Assembly: GCA_019638455.1 (NCBI GenBank)
Contig: JAHBTU010000005.1
Span: forward strand, 277,054 to 341,053
DNA: 64,000 bases
Source: Saprospiraceae bacterium
Lineage (GTDB): Bacteria > Bacteroidota > Bacteroidia > Chitinophagales > Saprospiraceae
Reading direction: 5' to 3'
This document shows, piece by piece, positions 16,705 through 26,583 of this stretch. The notes beneath the pieces are model-generated. The model was not told the origin of the DNA. It searched no databases and was given only the letters and a program-made list of their open reading frames with translations. The position numbers were made by a program, and so were the translations under genes. Positions within the stretch are counted from its first letter, which is position 1, and each line of letters opens with the position of its first letter.

Positions 16705-19443
16705 TCACCGCACCACCGTCACGCTGCCCTCATACTGCAACTCCCTTTGGTCCACAAATCGCACGAGTGCGTACCAAGTGAACACCCCTGTCATTTTTTG
16801 GCCTTTGTAGGTGCCGTCCCAGCCGAGAATGGGTTCGTTGAGCGGGAAATCCCTGCGCTCAAACACAAGGCTGCCCCAGCGGTCGAAGACACGCAGCAGC
16901 GAAAGTTGCTCTGCTGCTGGGCCAGAGAAGCCGGTGAAATAGTCGTTGGGGTAGTTCTTGTCAGGCGCGAACACATTGGGGAAATAGACGGGGCGCTTGT
17001 TGTTGACGCGGATATTGACCGTGTCGTAGGCGACGCAGCCATCTTGGTCGGTTATTTTCACCACATAAATCTGGCTGCTGATAGCTGTGGCGCTTGGGTT
17101 GGGCGATGTGGGGTCGCTCAGTCCGAGCGGTGGTGTCCATTCAAAAACGACGGGTCGGAAGGGCGGTGCGGTCACGGTGTTGATATTGATGGTAAAGCCG
17201 AGGTCGAGCAATGTGTCGGATGGCTCGGCTGCGACGAGGAGTGCTGGCGGCTGGCCGACGGTGGCAAAAACGGAGTCAACACAGCCCGCCGAATCCTTCA
17301 CCTTCACCCAATAATTGCCCGCAGGCAAGTTGGTGAGCGGGCTGGCGGAGAAATAATTGATGCCGTCCGTGCTGTATGAATAGGCGGGGCGTCCGCCCAC
17401 GCCTGCCACATCTATTTGGCCAGTGGGCACACCGTTGCAGAGCAAATCCACCACCCTCAGCAAGTTGATACCCACATCGCCCGGCTCTTCTATGAACACG
17501 CCGCCCGTGATGGTGCAGCCGTTGCCGTCGGTGACGGTGACACCGTATTGCCCCGGCTCCAGCCCATCCACTTCTTGGTCTGTCCGGCTGTTCGACCATT
17601 GGTAAGTGTAGTTGCCCACACCTCCCGAAGGCTCCACGATGGCAGCGCCGTCGTCGGTGCCAAAGCAAGAAATGTTCATGGTGTCAATCACCAATTGAAG
17701 CGGCGGGTTGTCGGTCACTGTCACGTTGAAAACACCCTGACACAGCACGTCGTCCACCGCGGTGATGGTGTAAATGCCTGCGGCGTAGCCTCCTTGCGAA
17801 TTGTTGGGCACGTTGCCGCTGCCCCAATTGAAGAGAATGGGAGGCTTTCCATTCGTGATGTTGAGCGTAATCACGCCGTTGGCATCACCCGTGCAGAGCG
17901 GCTTGGTCACGATGGCATCGGCGGTCAGCACCCGTTCGCTCACGTCAATGCTGAAATCCGATTCGCAGTTGTTGGCATCGCGGATGCGCAACGTATAGGT
18001 GCCCACGCCGAGGTTGTCGAGGAAATTGCTGGAAGTGAAAGGCCCACTGTTCCAACTGTATTGGTAGGGTGGTGTGCCGCTGGTGATGTTGCTGATGGTA
18101 ACTCGCCCGTTGGTGGCACCGTTGCAGTCGGGCGCGGCGATGAGTTTGTCAATTTCCACATCTGGGAAAATGGTGGCGTTCAGGATTTTGGTCACTTTAC
18201 AGCCGAGGTTGGTTTCCAAGGTCAACACGATGGGATTTTGGCCGGGGTTGTTGAACGTCACGTTGTGTGGTCCCGGTCCAGAGGCGGTTTGGGGCGATGC
18301 GTTCGCGCCAAAGCTCCAGCTCCAGCTGGTGATGCTGCCGATGGGGAAAGAGGAAGCGTCAATGACTTGCACTGGCACACCGAGACAGACTGCCGACGGG
18401 ATGGTGTTGAAATCAGCGGTGGGGCCAAGAAATTGACCTGAACCGCCAAACTCGATGGAGAATCCGTTGCCTGTGGAGGTGAAATTGTTGACGACCAATG
18501 CGTATGTCTCTCCCACCTGCATTTGAAGGGGGGCGAGGAAATTGTCTTTTCCCGGCCCGCAGCTGGCGTTTTCCGCCAAATCGGTGGAGCCGGCTCGAAG
18601 GCCCGTTGGCCCCATGCAAGGGCTGGGATAGAAGAAGTCGCCCGCGGCCATACATCGCACCACTTGTTTGTTTTGGCAGTTGCCGATACCATTGGGCAAG
18701 CGATAGACCACAAAATCGAGGTCGTCGGTGATGTTGAGCGGGGTGAGGGTGAATTCCAAGGTGCCGGGTTGGGCACAAGTCCACACGAACCAAGTAGAGT
18801 TGGTTTCGTAGTTGCCCGGCCCACCGTTGGAGAAACAGGTTGCGTCGTTCAGCTCGGCGATATTCTGTCCGGCGCCCACCACGCTTTGTACCACGAAAGG
18901 CGATTTGTCGCATAAGATGGCGGCTTGTGGGCAGTCAGATTGGGGGTCAACAGGTGGGTTGTAGTTGTTGATGCAAATTTGGAAAGTGCCCGTTTGCCCA
19001 TTCGCCCCCTGAATCCGCACCAAATAAGTGGAACCCACGAACAAACCGCCTTGATAACCTTCCACTACGTTGACCCCGACAGGAGTGGTCTGACATTCAA
19101 GTTGATTGATGGTGCCGCCGCAATTGCCAAAATAGATGGCCAGTTGGGGCCGCTGCAAAGTGCCGCCGGGGGCTTGAGGGGTGGCGCCGCGCACCGTGAT
19201 GGTCACATCAGTTGCCAATGCCGTGAAGGCAAACCACACATCGTTTTGTGTGTTGCCGAAGCAGGTTGCAGGCCCATAAGCCGATGGCGTGGCCCCCACG
19301 TTGGTGTAAGCGCCCGCCGGGCTGCAATAATTAAGTACGTTGGGAATGATGATGGGGTTGGTACATTCGTCGTTGGCAGGCTGCGCCCATGCCAGCGTGG
19401 AAAAGGTCAGAGAAGTGATTATCGAAAGTGCAAGTTCTCTCAT
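16705..19443 (-). CDS. large secreted adhesin-like protein with SprB-type repeats, PKD-like domain and T9SS type B (CHU_C) sorting domain
   Basis: Trimmed to MRELALSIITSLTFSTLAWAQ. It has repeated C..NGxI motifs (SprB repeat-like). The C-terminus FPNVFAPDKNYPNDYF...FDRWGSLVFE...GWDGTYKGQ...GVFTWY is the gliding-motility C-terminal domain. Confidence 0.85.
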   Translation of the reverse strand: MRELALSIITSLTFSTLAWAQPANDECTNPIIIPNVLNYCSPAGAYTNVGATPSAYGPATCFGNTQNDVWFAFTALATDVTITVRGATPQAPGGTLQRPQLAIYFGNCGGTINQLECQTTPVGVNVVEGYQGGLFVGSTYLVRIQGANGQTGTFQICINNYNPPVDPQSDCPQAAILCDKSPFVVQSVVGAGQNIAELNDATCFSNGGPGNYETNSTWFVWTCAQPGTLEFTLTPLNITDDLDFVVYRLPNGIGNCQNKQVVRCMAAGDFFYPSPCMGPTGLRAGSTDLAENASCGPGKDNFLAPLQMQVGETYALVVNNFTSTGNGFSIEFGGSGQFLGPTADFNTIPSAVCLGVPVQVIDASSFPIGSITSWSWSFGANASPQTASGPGPHNVTFNNPGQNPIVLTLETNLGCKVTKILNATIFPDVEIDKLIAAPDCNGATNGRVTISNITSGTPPYQYSWNSGPFTSSNFLDNLGVGTYTLRIRDANNCESDFSIDVSERVLTADAIVTKPLCTGDANGVITLNITNGKPPILFNWGSGNVPNNSQGGYAAGIYTITAVDDVLCQGVFNVTVTDNPPLQLVIDTMNISCFGTDDGAAIVEPSGGVGNYTYQWSNSRTDQEVDGLEPGQYGVTVTDGNGCTITGGVFIEEPGDVGINLLRVVDLLCNGVPTGQIDVAGVGGRPAYSYSTDGINYFSASPLTNLPAGNYWVKVKDSAGCVDSVFATVGQPPALLVAAEPSDTLLDLGFTININTVTAPPFRPVVFEWTPPLGLSDPTSPNPSATAISSQIYVVKITDQDGCVAYDTVNIRVNNKRPVYFPNVFAPDKNYPNDYFTGFSGPAAEQLSLLRVFDRWGSLVFERRDFPLNEPILGWDGTYKGQKMTGVFTWYALVRFVDQRELQYEGSVTVVR

Positions 19444-19714
19444 GGTGTGTCGTGTGTTTACTCGGTGGACAACAATGGCCCGAGCAGAGCCTAAAAAAGA
19501 TGACATAAAAACGCTCGCAAGGCATCAATGCTTGCCCATGCGCGTGCGGTTCGTCTGCGCATAGACGCTTTGAATGTCTTTTTTGTTGGCTGGGAAATGT
19601 GTCAAAATTTTCTTAAAAAACTGTCAATCAGGCATTATCCCTTCCACAACGCCTAAATGAAACGCCAAAACGCCGCAAATTAGCAAAATACTGTTCCCGG
19701 CAAAAATTCTACTT

Positions 19715-20476
19715 TTGCCGCGCCACATCATGCAACACATTCCCAACCTCCTCACGCTTAGCAATTTGTTTTGCGGCTGTTGTGCGTTGATGTTCACGCT
19801 CAATCAAGAACCCGTCATCGCGGCTTGGTTCGTGTTGGGTTGCTTCATCTTCGACTATGCCGATGGCATGACGGCGCGTGCGCTGGGCATCACCTCGCCT
19901 TTGGGCAAGCAGCTCGACTCGCTGGCCGATGTGATTAGTTTTGGGGTAGTGCCGGGAGCTATGCTGCACCAATTGCTGGTAGCGGGCGGAGCTTGCAAAC
20001 TGATGGAGGATGTGCCGGATGGGTTCCTGCCAGCTGGGTGGTCGTACCATACTTGTTTGGCTGCTTTGCCAGCGTTCGTCTTGGCCATGTTTGCCGCCAT
20101 GCGTTTGGGCAGGTTCAACATTGACCCCCGTCAGACCAGGCATTTCGTCGGCCTCAGCACGCCCGCCTGCGCTGTTTTTGTGCTTGGGCTGGCACTGGCG
20201 GCTTATCATGACCGATTTGGCCTGCGAGAGATTATCCGAAACCAGTGGCTGATTTACGGCCTCATTGCCTTGCTTTCATGGCTGATGAATTCCAACATTC
20301 CCATGTTTGGCATGAAAATCAAGTCATTCGATATGCGAAGCAATGCCTTTTCCTTGGTCTTTCTGGCGGTGTTCCTGCTCCTTGTGTTTTTTCTAAAAGA
20401 ACTGGCGCTTTCTGCGGTCATCGTGTTTTATGTGCTGAGTTCCGTCGTGCTGAAAAACAAAGTTTTGTCCACATAA
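19715..20476 (+). CDS. pssA: CDP-diacylglycerol--serine O-phosphatidyltransferase
   Basis: The CDP-alcohol phosphatidyltransferase motif is DYADGMTARALGITSPLGKQLDSLADVISFG. An alternative start is MQHIPN at 19730. Confidence 0.85.
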   Translation: MPRHIMQHIPNLLTLSNLFCGCCALMFTLNQEPVIAAWFVLGCFIFDYADGMTARALGITSPLGKQLDSLADVISFGVVPGAMLHQLLVAGGACKLMEDVPDGFLPAGWSYHTCLAALPAFVLAMFAAMRLGRFNIDPRQTRHFVGLSTPACAVFVLGLALAAYHDRFGLREIIRNQWLIYGLIALLSWLMNSNIPMFGMKIKSFDMRSNAFSLVFLAVFLLLVFFLKELALSAVIVFYVLSSVVLKNKVLST

Positions 20477-20483
20477 AATGGGT

Positions 20484-20663
20484 TATACCCAGATTAAAGA
20501 GGATTTGAACCTGCCCGTTGGCAAGGGAGGGATGCTCTTGATTGATATGTATGATTTTCAAAGGATTGCGAGTGCCGTTCGTTCAAAACCATCTTGTCAG
20601 ACCCTGTATTCAGGGGCTTGCCCGGCCAAGTGAAGCGGACGGGGCTGATTTGCGTTGACCATA
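20484..20663 (+). mobile_element. Rep1 interspersed repeat, copy B (most diverged)
   Basis: Same about 180-bp element, starting 8 nt after the pssA stop. It differs from the other copies by substitutions only, including ggcagg to ggaggg in the 5' hairpin. Confidence 0.85.
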
Positions 20664-20667
20664 AAAT

Positions 20668-20805
20668 ATGGGTTGAAGGGAGGGCTGTTGTTGGTGCCCT
20701 TGCCAACAACCTGTGCGCGGGCTACCCAACGAAGGCCGATATTCTTCTTTGGGTGCCTACTCCGTTGCTTGTTATTACTGGGATGCCAACACCCCTTCAA
20801 CCCAT
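20668..20805. repeat. 138-bp element bounded by perfect 13-bp inverted repeats
   Basis: atgggttgaaggg (20668-20680) is the reverse complement of cccttcaacccat (20793-20805). It contains the inner hairpin gttgttgg-tgcccttg-ccaacaac (20687-20710) and ends 15 nt before the purS ATG. Confidence 0.75.
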
Positions 20806-20820
20806 TCAACTTTATTTACC

Positions 20821-21072
20821 ATGAAATTCATCGCCGAAATAGACATCATGCCACACAAAGAACTGCTGGACCCACAAGGCAAAGCAGTCGTGAACAACCT
20901 CAGCCACCTCGAGCTCACGGGTGTCGCCGACGTACGCATCGGTCGCCACGTCACCATGCTCCTCGATGCTGCTTCGGAAGAGCAAGCCCGTCAAACCGTG
21001 GAGACCGCCTGCCAAAAACTGTTGGCCAACCTCATTGTGGAGACTTATCACTACGAACTCAAGCCTGCTTAA
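20821..21072 (+). CDS. purS: phosphoribosylformylglycinamidine synthase subunit PurS
   Basis: 83 aa, beginning MKFIAEIDIMPHKELLDPQGKAVVNNL, with the typical PurS length and motif. Confidence 0.85.
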   Translation: MKFIAEIDIMPHKELLDPQGKAVVNNLSHLELTGVADVRIGRHVTMLLDAASEEQARQTVETACQKLLANLIVETYHYELKPA

Positions 21073-21091
21073 CCGTCGGCAAGCAACCGAT

Positions 21092-21757
21092 ATGCTCCAC
21101 GTCGTACCCACGCCCATCGGCAACCTCGAAGACATCACCCTGCGGGCATTGCGGGTGCTGAAAGAGGTGTCCGTCGTGTTGGCCGAGGATACGCGCACCA
21201 GCCGCCGCCTGCTCGACCATTTCGACATCAAAACACCGCTGCGTGCTTTTCACGCTTTCAACGAACACGCGGTGGTGGAGCGGGTGGTGGATGAATTGGC
21301 CTCCGGCGTGGACATGGCGCTCGTGTCGGATGCGGGCACGCCAGGCATTAGCGACCCGGGTTTTCTGTTGGTGCGTGCCTGCGTGCGTCGTGGGGTGAAA
21401 GTAGAGTGCCTGCCCGGCCCGACGGCTTTCGTACCCGCCTTGGTGGCGAGCGGACTGCCTTGCGACACGTTTCACTTCGAAGGTTTTTTGCCGCACAAAA
21501 AAGGGCGCCAGACACGATTGAAGTTTCTGGCCGACTTGCCTCACACCTTCGTGCTTTACGAGTCGCCGTTTCGCTTGCTGAAATGCCTCGACGAACTCAT
21601 TTCCGTGTGTGGGGCGGAGCGTCCGGCTTGCGTGGCGCGAGAGTTGAGCAAGATGCACGAAGAGGTAAAAACGGCTCCACTCGCGGAGTTGAAAGCGCAT
21701 TTTTCTCAAAAGGATGTGAAAGGAGAAATTGTCGTGGTGGTGGGAGGGAAAGGATAA
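21092..21757 (+). CDS. rsmI: 16S rRNA (cytidine1402-2'-O)-methyltransferase RsmI
   Basis: Trimmed to MLHVVPTPIGNLEDITLRALRVLKEVSVVLAEDTR, which is the canonical RsmI N-terminus. Confidence 0.9.
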   Translation: MLHVVPTPIGNLEDITLRALRVLKEVSVVLAEDTRTSRRLLDHFDIKTPLRAFHAFNEHAVVERVVDELASGVDMALVSDAGTPGISDPGFLLVRACVRRGVKVECLPGPTAFVPALVASGLPCDTFHFEGFLPHKKGRQTRLKFLADLPHTFVLYESPFRLLKCLDELISVCGAERPACVARELSKMHEEVKTAPLAELKAHFSQKDVKGEIVVVVGGKG

Positions 21758-21926
21758 ATTTGAACGCTATAATGTTGCTTTTTCACACTTCGCGTCATCA
21801 AGTTTTCAGCATGATTGAATTTGCAATCCATGAAACTACTTAGATATGGGCAGCGCACTGGAACATCTCTACCGGTGCTGCCCCTGGATTTTCAAAAGTT
21901 TTAGCTCCGAACTCACGTCCCATCTT

Positions 21927-22646
21927 ATGACTCGACTGAGCGTCAACATCAACAAAGTAGCCTTGCTGCGCAATGCACGCGGCGGCAATTTGCCCAATCT
22001 GGTACAAGTCGCTCAAGATTGCGAAGCCTTCGGCGCGGAGGGCATCACCGTGCATCCTCGCCCCGACCAGCGCCATATTCGCTACGACGATGTGCCTGCC
22101 TTGCGGGCAGTCGTGACAACGGAATTTAACATAGAGGGCAACCCCACCCCTGAGTTTCTCGACCTCGTGTTGGCTCACCCTCCCCATCAATGCACCCTCG
22201 TGCCAGACACAACCGGCCAACTGACTTCGGATGCTGGCTGGGACACAGTGGCCAACAAGTCTTTTTTGCGGGAAGTAATTGCCGAGTTTCACAAAAAAGA
22301 TATTCGCGTTTCGATTTTTGTGGACCCGGTGGCAAAAATGGTGGAGGGTGCCAAAGCCGTTGGCGCAGACCGCATTGAGTTTTATACCGGCCCTTTTGCG
22401 CATCATTTTCCCGAAAACCCGCAACAAGCGGTAGCGCCTTACACCGCCGCCGCAGCGGTGGCCAACGCAATTGGTATCGGCATCAACGCAGGGCATGACT
22501 TGAATCTGGACAACTTGAAGTTTTTCCGCGCTCACTGCCCCCAATTGCTGGAGGTCAGCATCGGTCACGCGCTTATTTCCGATGCCCTTTACTATGGCTT
22601 GGCGAACACGATTCGGATGTATTTGCGGCAGTTGAGCGCAAAGTGA
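21927..22646 (+). CDS. pdxJ: pyridoxine 5'-phosphate synthase
   Basis: Trimmed to MTRLSVNINKVALLRNARGGNLPN ... ITVHPRPDQRHI, which are PdxJ motifs. Confidence 0.9.
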   Translation: MTRLSVNINKVALLRNARGGNLPNLVQVAQDCEAFGAEGITVHPRPDQRHIRYDDVPALRAVVTTEFNIEGNPTPEFLDLVLAHPPHQCTLVPDTTGQLTSDAGWDTVANKSFLREVIAEFHKKDIRVSIFVDPVAKMVEGAKAVGADRIEFYTGPFAHHFPENPQQAVAPYTAAAAVANAIGIGINAGHDLNLDNLKFFRAHCPQLLEVSIGHALISDALYYGLANTIRMYLRQLSAK

Positions 22647-22690
22647 TAATGCGTTGGGGACTACCATGCCTGACGCTACCCACTCGGGCA

Positions 22691-23356
22691 CTACCAATCC
22701 TCTGGGGGGGCCACTTCCAAAGTCATCCATTCCCCCGTCTTTGGATGCTTGAACCGAAGACTGTGGGCGTGCAATTTGATTTCATGCTCCTTCCAAGGAT
22801 GCCCGCCATAGAGCGTATCGCCCACAATCGGGCAGCCGATATGCGCCAATTGTACCCGTATCTGATGGAAGCGCCCGGTGAGTGGCTTTATTTCCAACAG
22901 CCAGTGCTTGCCCTTCGCGTTCAGTATTTTATATTCCAATTCGCAATGTTGGCTATCGCGCGTTTGTTTTTCCTGAATGATGGCCTTGCGCCCTGCTTCG
23001 TCTCTTTTTAGCCAGTTCGACAAACGACCTGCTTCGACAGCAGGCTTGTTTTCCACGATGGCCCAGTAGATTTTCTCCACCGTCTTGTTTTCAAACTGTT
23101 CCATGAGTTGGGTGAGCGCGTTTTTTGTCTTGGCAAAAAGCAGCACGCCACTCGCAGCCCGGTCGAGCCGATGCGCCACGCGCAGGTAGGGCGTAGCTTT
23201 CAGGCGCTCGGAGCTCGATTTTTGCTGCAACTGTGCGGTGAAATAAAACAATGCCTCGCGTTCGGCGGAGGGGTGGCGCTCTCGGCCGCTTTCAGAAGAG
23301 AGGCCTGCGGGCTTGTTGATGGCAAGGAGGTAATAGTCCTCGAAAAGGATGTTCAT
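22691..23356 (-). CDS. RluA-family pseudouridine synthase
   Basis: Trimmed to MNILFEDYYLLAINKPAGL. HRLDRAASGVLLFAK holds the catalytic Asp motif. Confidence 0.85.
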   Translation of the reverse strand: MNILFEDYYLLAINKPAGLSSESGRERHPSAEREALFYFTAQLQQKSSSERLKATPYLRVAHRLDRAASGVLLFAKTKNALTQLMEQFENKTVEKIYWAIVENKPAVEAGRLSNWLKRDEAGRKAIIQEKQTRDSQHCELEYKILNAKGKHWLLEIKPLTGRFHQIRVQLAHIGCPIVGDTLYGGHPWKEHEIKLHAHSLRFKHPKTGEWMTLEVAPPEDW

Positions 23357-23450
23357 GCGGCAAAGGTAGGCGGCCGTGCGCGAAACGCAGACATTGCCCC
23401 CGATTTGAGGCAAGCCATTATTTTTACCCCGAAAAAAACGAGAATCAAAT

Positions 23451-25418
23451 ATGTTGCTCCGACGCTTATCTTTCCTCATCCCCTTCTTCATTTCTTTCGC
23501 CCTCTATGCCCAATCGCCATACTCCGTCGTCTCGCCCAATGGAGCCGTCATGGCAGTCGTGGAGACCTCGCCCAGCCTGAATTGGCAAATTTTCCTGCGC
23601 AATCGTCCCCTCACGACACTTGCGCCACTCTCCTTGTCGCTGGCCGAACACGGTATCTTGGGAGCCAACCCAGAGGTAAAAATGACGGATTGGGCCTCTA
23701 CCGACATTGTGCGCCGACCCGACGTGCGTCAGAAAAGCGCCACGGTAACCGACCAGTTCAATGAGCTGACCCTGACGTTCAAAGGCGATTGGGGGGTAGT
23801 GTTTCGGGCCTACAACGAAGGAGTGGCCTATCGTTTTTTCACCAATTTCAAAGGCAAAGCAACGGTGTTGGACGAAACGTTCGCTTTCCGCCCCATCCTT
23901 TGCAACACTATTTTTTTCCCGGAAGAAGAAAGCTTCTACTCTCACAACGAACGCATCGCCAAACGCCTTTCCCCTGCCGACTTGAATGAACACCACCTCG
24001 CCAGTTTGCCCGCCTTGGCGGAGCTGGACGGCGGCGTGAAAATACTGCTCACCGAAACCGACCTGCAACATTATCCCGGCCTGTGGGTGCTGGGCACCGC
24101 CAGCAAAAACGGCTCCCTACGCGGCACTTTCCCCCGGCTTCCCAAACACACGGTCGAATTGACTGACCGCGACATTCAGCCCACCGACCGAACACCTTTC
24201 CTGGCCATCACCGATGGCACCCGCCAATACCCCTGGCGCCTGATGCTCATTGCCGAAAAAGACCAACAACTGCTGACCAACCAACTACCGTGGCTGCTCG
24301 CCGCGCCCAGTCGGCTCAAAGATGCCTCTTGGATACGCCCCGGCAAAGTCGCGTGGGATTGGTGGAACAACCTGAACGTGCACGGCGTGGATTTCCGGGC
24401 TGGCGTGAACACCGCCACTTATTGCCATTTTGTGGATTTTGCAGCCGAAAACGACCTCGACTACATCATCCTCGACGAAGGGTGGTCGGAGCCGGGCGAC
24501 CTCCGCCGCATCAACCCGGCACTCGACATGGATGGTCTGGCCGCATATTCCAAGACCAAAAATGTCGGCCTCATCCTTTGGGTCACTTGGACTACGATTG
24601 ACCGCCAGTTCGACGAACTGTTGCCCAATTTGAAAAAATGGGACATCAAAGGGCTGAAAATTGACTTCATGCAGCGCGACGACCAACAGGCCGTCAATTT
24701 CTATTGGCGCATGGCTGAAAAATGCGCGGCCAACAAGCTCCTCGTGGATTTTCACGGGGCACACAAACCTGCGGGCCTGCAACGCACATGGCCCAACGTG
24801 CTCACCTTCGAGGGCGTGTATGGGCTGGAGCAGGCCAAATGGGACGACAAAAAGCAAATTGACCCAGAACACGACGTCACCCTCCCTTTCCTTCGGCAAG
24901 TGGCAGGCCCGATGGACTACACTCCCGGCGCGATGCTCAATTATCAGAAAAACGATTGGGCGCCTTCATGGAACCGCCCCGCCTCGCTCGGCACACGCTG
25001 CCACGAACTGGCGAAATACATCGTGTTTGAAAGCCCCTTGCAAATGCTTGCCGACAGCCCGACGAATTACCGGAAAGAACCAGAATGTCTGCGCTTCCTC
25101 TCCAAAGTACCGGTGGTGTGGGAAAAGACCGTCGCCTTGGACGGGAAAATAGGCGACTTCGTGGCGGTGGCCCGGCAAGCCGCCGATAGTCTTTGGTATA
25201 TCGGCGCGATGACCGACTGGAACACCCGCGAGCTGACACTCGAAACCGACTTCTTGCCGAAGGGCGACTATGAAATCGAAATCTATCAGGATGGCCCCAA
25301 TGCGGACCGATGTGCCCAAGACTACCTGCGTACCATCAGGCGTATGAAAAGTGGCGACAAACTCGGGGTGAAAATGGCGCCGGGCGGTGGTTTTGTGGCG
25401 GTGCTAAGGAAGATGTGA
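23451..25418 (+). CDS. glycoside hydrolase family 97 (SusB-like alpha-glucosidase)
   Basis: 655 aa with a signal peptide. The DYIILDEGW and GLKIDFMQRDDQ blocks are typical of GH97. Confidence 0.85.
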   Translation: MLLRRLSFLIPFFISFALYAQSPYSVVSPNGAVMAVVETSPSLNWQIFLRNRPLTTLAPLSLSLAEHGILGANPEVKMTDWASTDIVRRPDVRQKSATVTDQFNELTLTFKGDWGVVFRAYNEGVAYRFFTNFKGKATVLDETFAFRPILCNTIFFPEEESFYSHNERIAKRLSPADLNEHHLASLPALAELDGGVKILLTETDLQHYPGLWVLGTASKNGSLRGTFPRLPKHTVELTDRDIQPTDRTPFLAITDGTRQYPWRLMLIAEKDQQLLTNQLPWLLAAPSRLKDASWIRPGKVAWDWWNNLNVHGVDFRAGVNTATYCHFVDFAAENDLDYIILDEGWSEPGDLRRINPALDMDGLAAYSKTKNVGLILWVTWTTIDRQFDELLPNLKKWDIKGLKIDFMQRDDQQAVNFYWRMAEKCAANKLLVDFHGAHKPAGLQRTWPNVLTFEGVYGLEQAKWDDKKQIDPEHDVTLPFLRQVAGPMDYTPGAMLNYQKNDWAPSWNRPASLGTRCHELAKYIVFESPLQMLADSPTNYRKEPECLRFLSKVPVVWEKTVALDGKIGDFVAVARQAADSLWYIGAMTDWNTRELTLETDFLPKGDYEIEIYQDGPNADRCAQDYLRTIRRMKSGDKLGVKMAPGGGFVAVLRKM

Positions 25419-25479
25419 AGTAGGTTGAATTGGCAGGGCTAAATCAGGCATTAGCCTAAAGCTATTCCACATGATAAAA

Positions 25480-26385
25480 TTACTGCCGAGTCAACCCCAC
25501 CAAATCCAAATTGATAACCGCCCCCAATGTGATAGCCAACTGCGGCCCACTAAAACCGGGTATATCATCGTCCAATTTGAATTCCGTGAAAGTCGCCTTG
25601 CCATAAAATGGCCCCAATTCCATTTTAACTCCATATTCCCAACCGTTGAAAACATATTCTTCAGTACCAAGAAAAAATTGACGAATTTCCTTTGCTGAAT
25701 TTAGGGCATAGTTGCCTCCTAATCGGCGAGTGGTGAAACCTGTGAATGCCAAAAGTTGAAAACTGCTCCAAGAGGGAGATTCAATTATATAATCAAAGAC
25801 TTGTAATGTACCAACTGCACTAAAAGCATTAAGCAATACGTCTGTTGACTGGTTTTCTTTTACCCACACCTGATTAGAGGAGCGGAGCTCCATATAGAGA
25901 CCAAAATTGCGATAAAACCATTTTGCTGGCTTCCATTTAGGGCTGGGCAAAAATTGAAGAAATCCATTTGTGCCAAAGCTTAGCGATAGCTCACTTAGGC
26001 CGCTATTGCGGTTTTGTGCCAGTAATAGATTGTTATAGAAAAATGCTGTATCCGCAACATTTTGTGCCACTAACTCTCGATTATTGGCAAAAGCGGCGAT
26101 TGAAATGTCGCCGTAAAAGCGATCTGAGACAAATGCAATCCCTAATTTCCCATTACTGATATTGTTATCGCCTTCACCATTATTTGTCGCAGAACGACTA
26201 AGGTCAGAAACAATAGAAATCAATGCATCAGCTGTTTTTGCAGGGGTTTTGACCAGAGCCTTTAAAGCAGGGGAGTCGCGCTCTGACTCAAAGCGATAAG
26301 TGCGGCCAGACTGACTTTGGAGGTGTAACGGAAATAAAACAAGCAGGGTAAGGGTAGCTTGTAAGGAGAGCCAAAATGATTTCAT
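25480..26385 (-). CDS. hypothetical secreted / outer-membrane beta-barrel-like protein in a low-GC patch
   Basis: Trimmed to MKSFWLSLQATLTLLVLFPLHLQSQ, a signal peptide. It has an alternating aromatic/hydrophilic pattern and visibly lower GC than its neighbours. I recognise no family. Confidence 0.5.
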   Translation of the reverse strand: MKSFWLSLQATLTLLVLFPLHLQSQSGRTYRFESERDSPALKALVKTPAKTADALISIVSDLSRSATNNGEGDNNISNGKLGIAFVSDRFYGDISIAAFANNRELVAQNVADTAFFYNNLLLAQNRNSGLSELSLSFGTNGFLQFLPSPKWKPAKWFYRNFGLYMELRSSNQVWVKENQSTDVLLNAFSAVGTLQVFDYIIESPSWSSFQLLAFTGFTTRRLGGNYALNSAKEIRQFFLGTEEYVFNGWEYGVKMELGPFYGKATFTEFKLDDDIPGFSGPQLAITLGAVINLDLVGLTRQ

Positions 26386-26583
26386 TTTGAAAGGTTTAAA
26401 AGTGAGCAAGATTCTTTACAATTATTCAACAGCAATTGTACGACAGGAAGGCTACCTGTTTTCTATCACTTTCGGTAGAGTTAGTTTAGTTTAAAAAGAT
26501 TAAGGCGGCGTACTTTTTTGTATTCAACCCCTCATTCGCGCATTCAATAAGCCTATGTAAAACGGATTTATTTTCTTTGCCTC

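Noticed and set aside
20664-20820. The structured purS leader as a purine, ZTP or other riboswitch.
   Set aside because: I could not find the conserved cores of the purine, ZTP (pfl) or PRPP motifs. The structure is better explained by the 13-bp inverted-repeat element and a REP-like hairpin.
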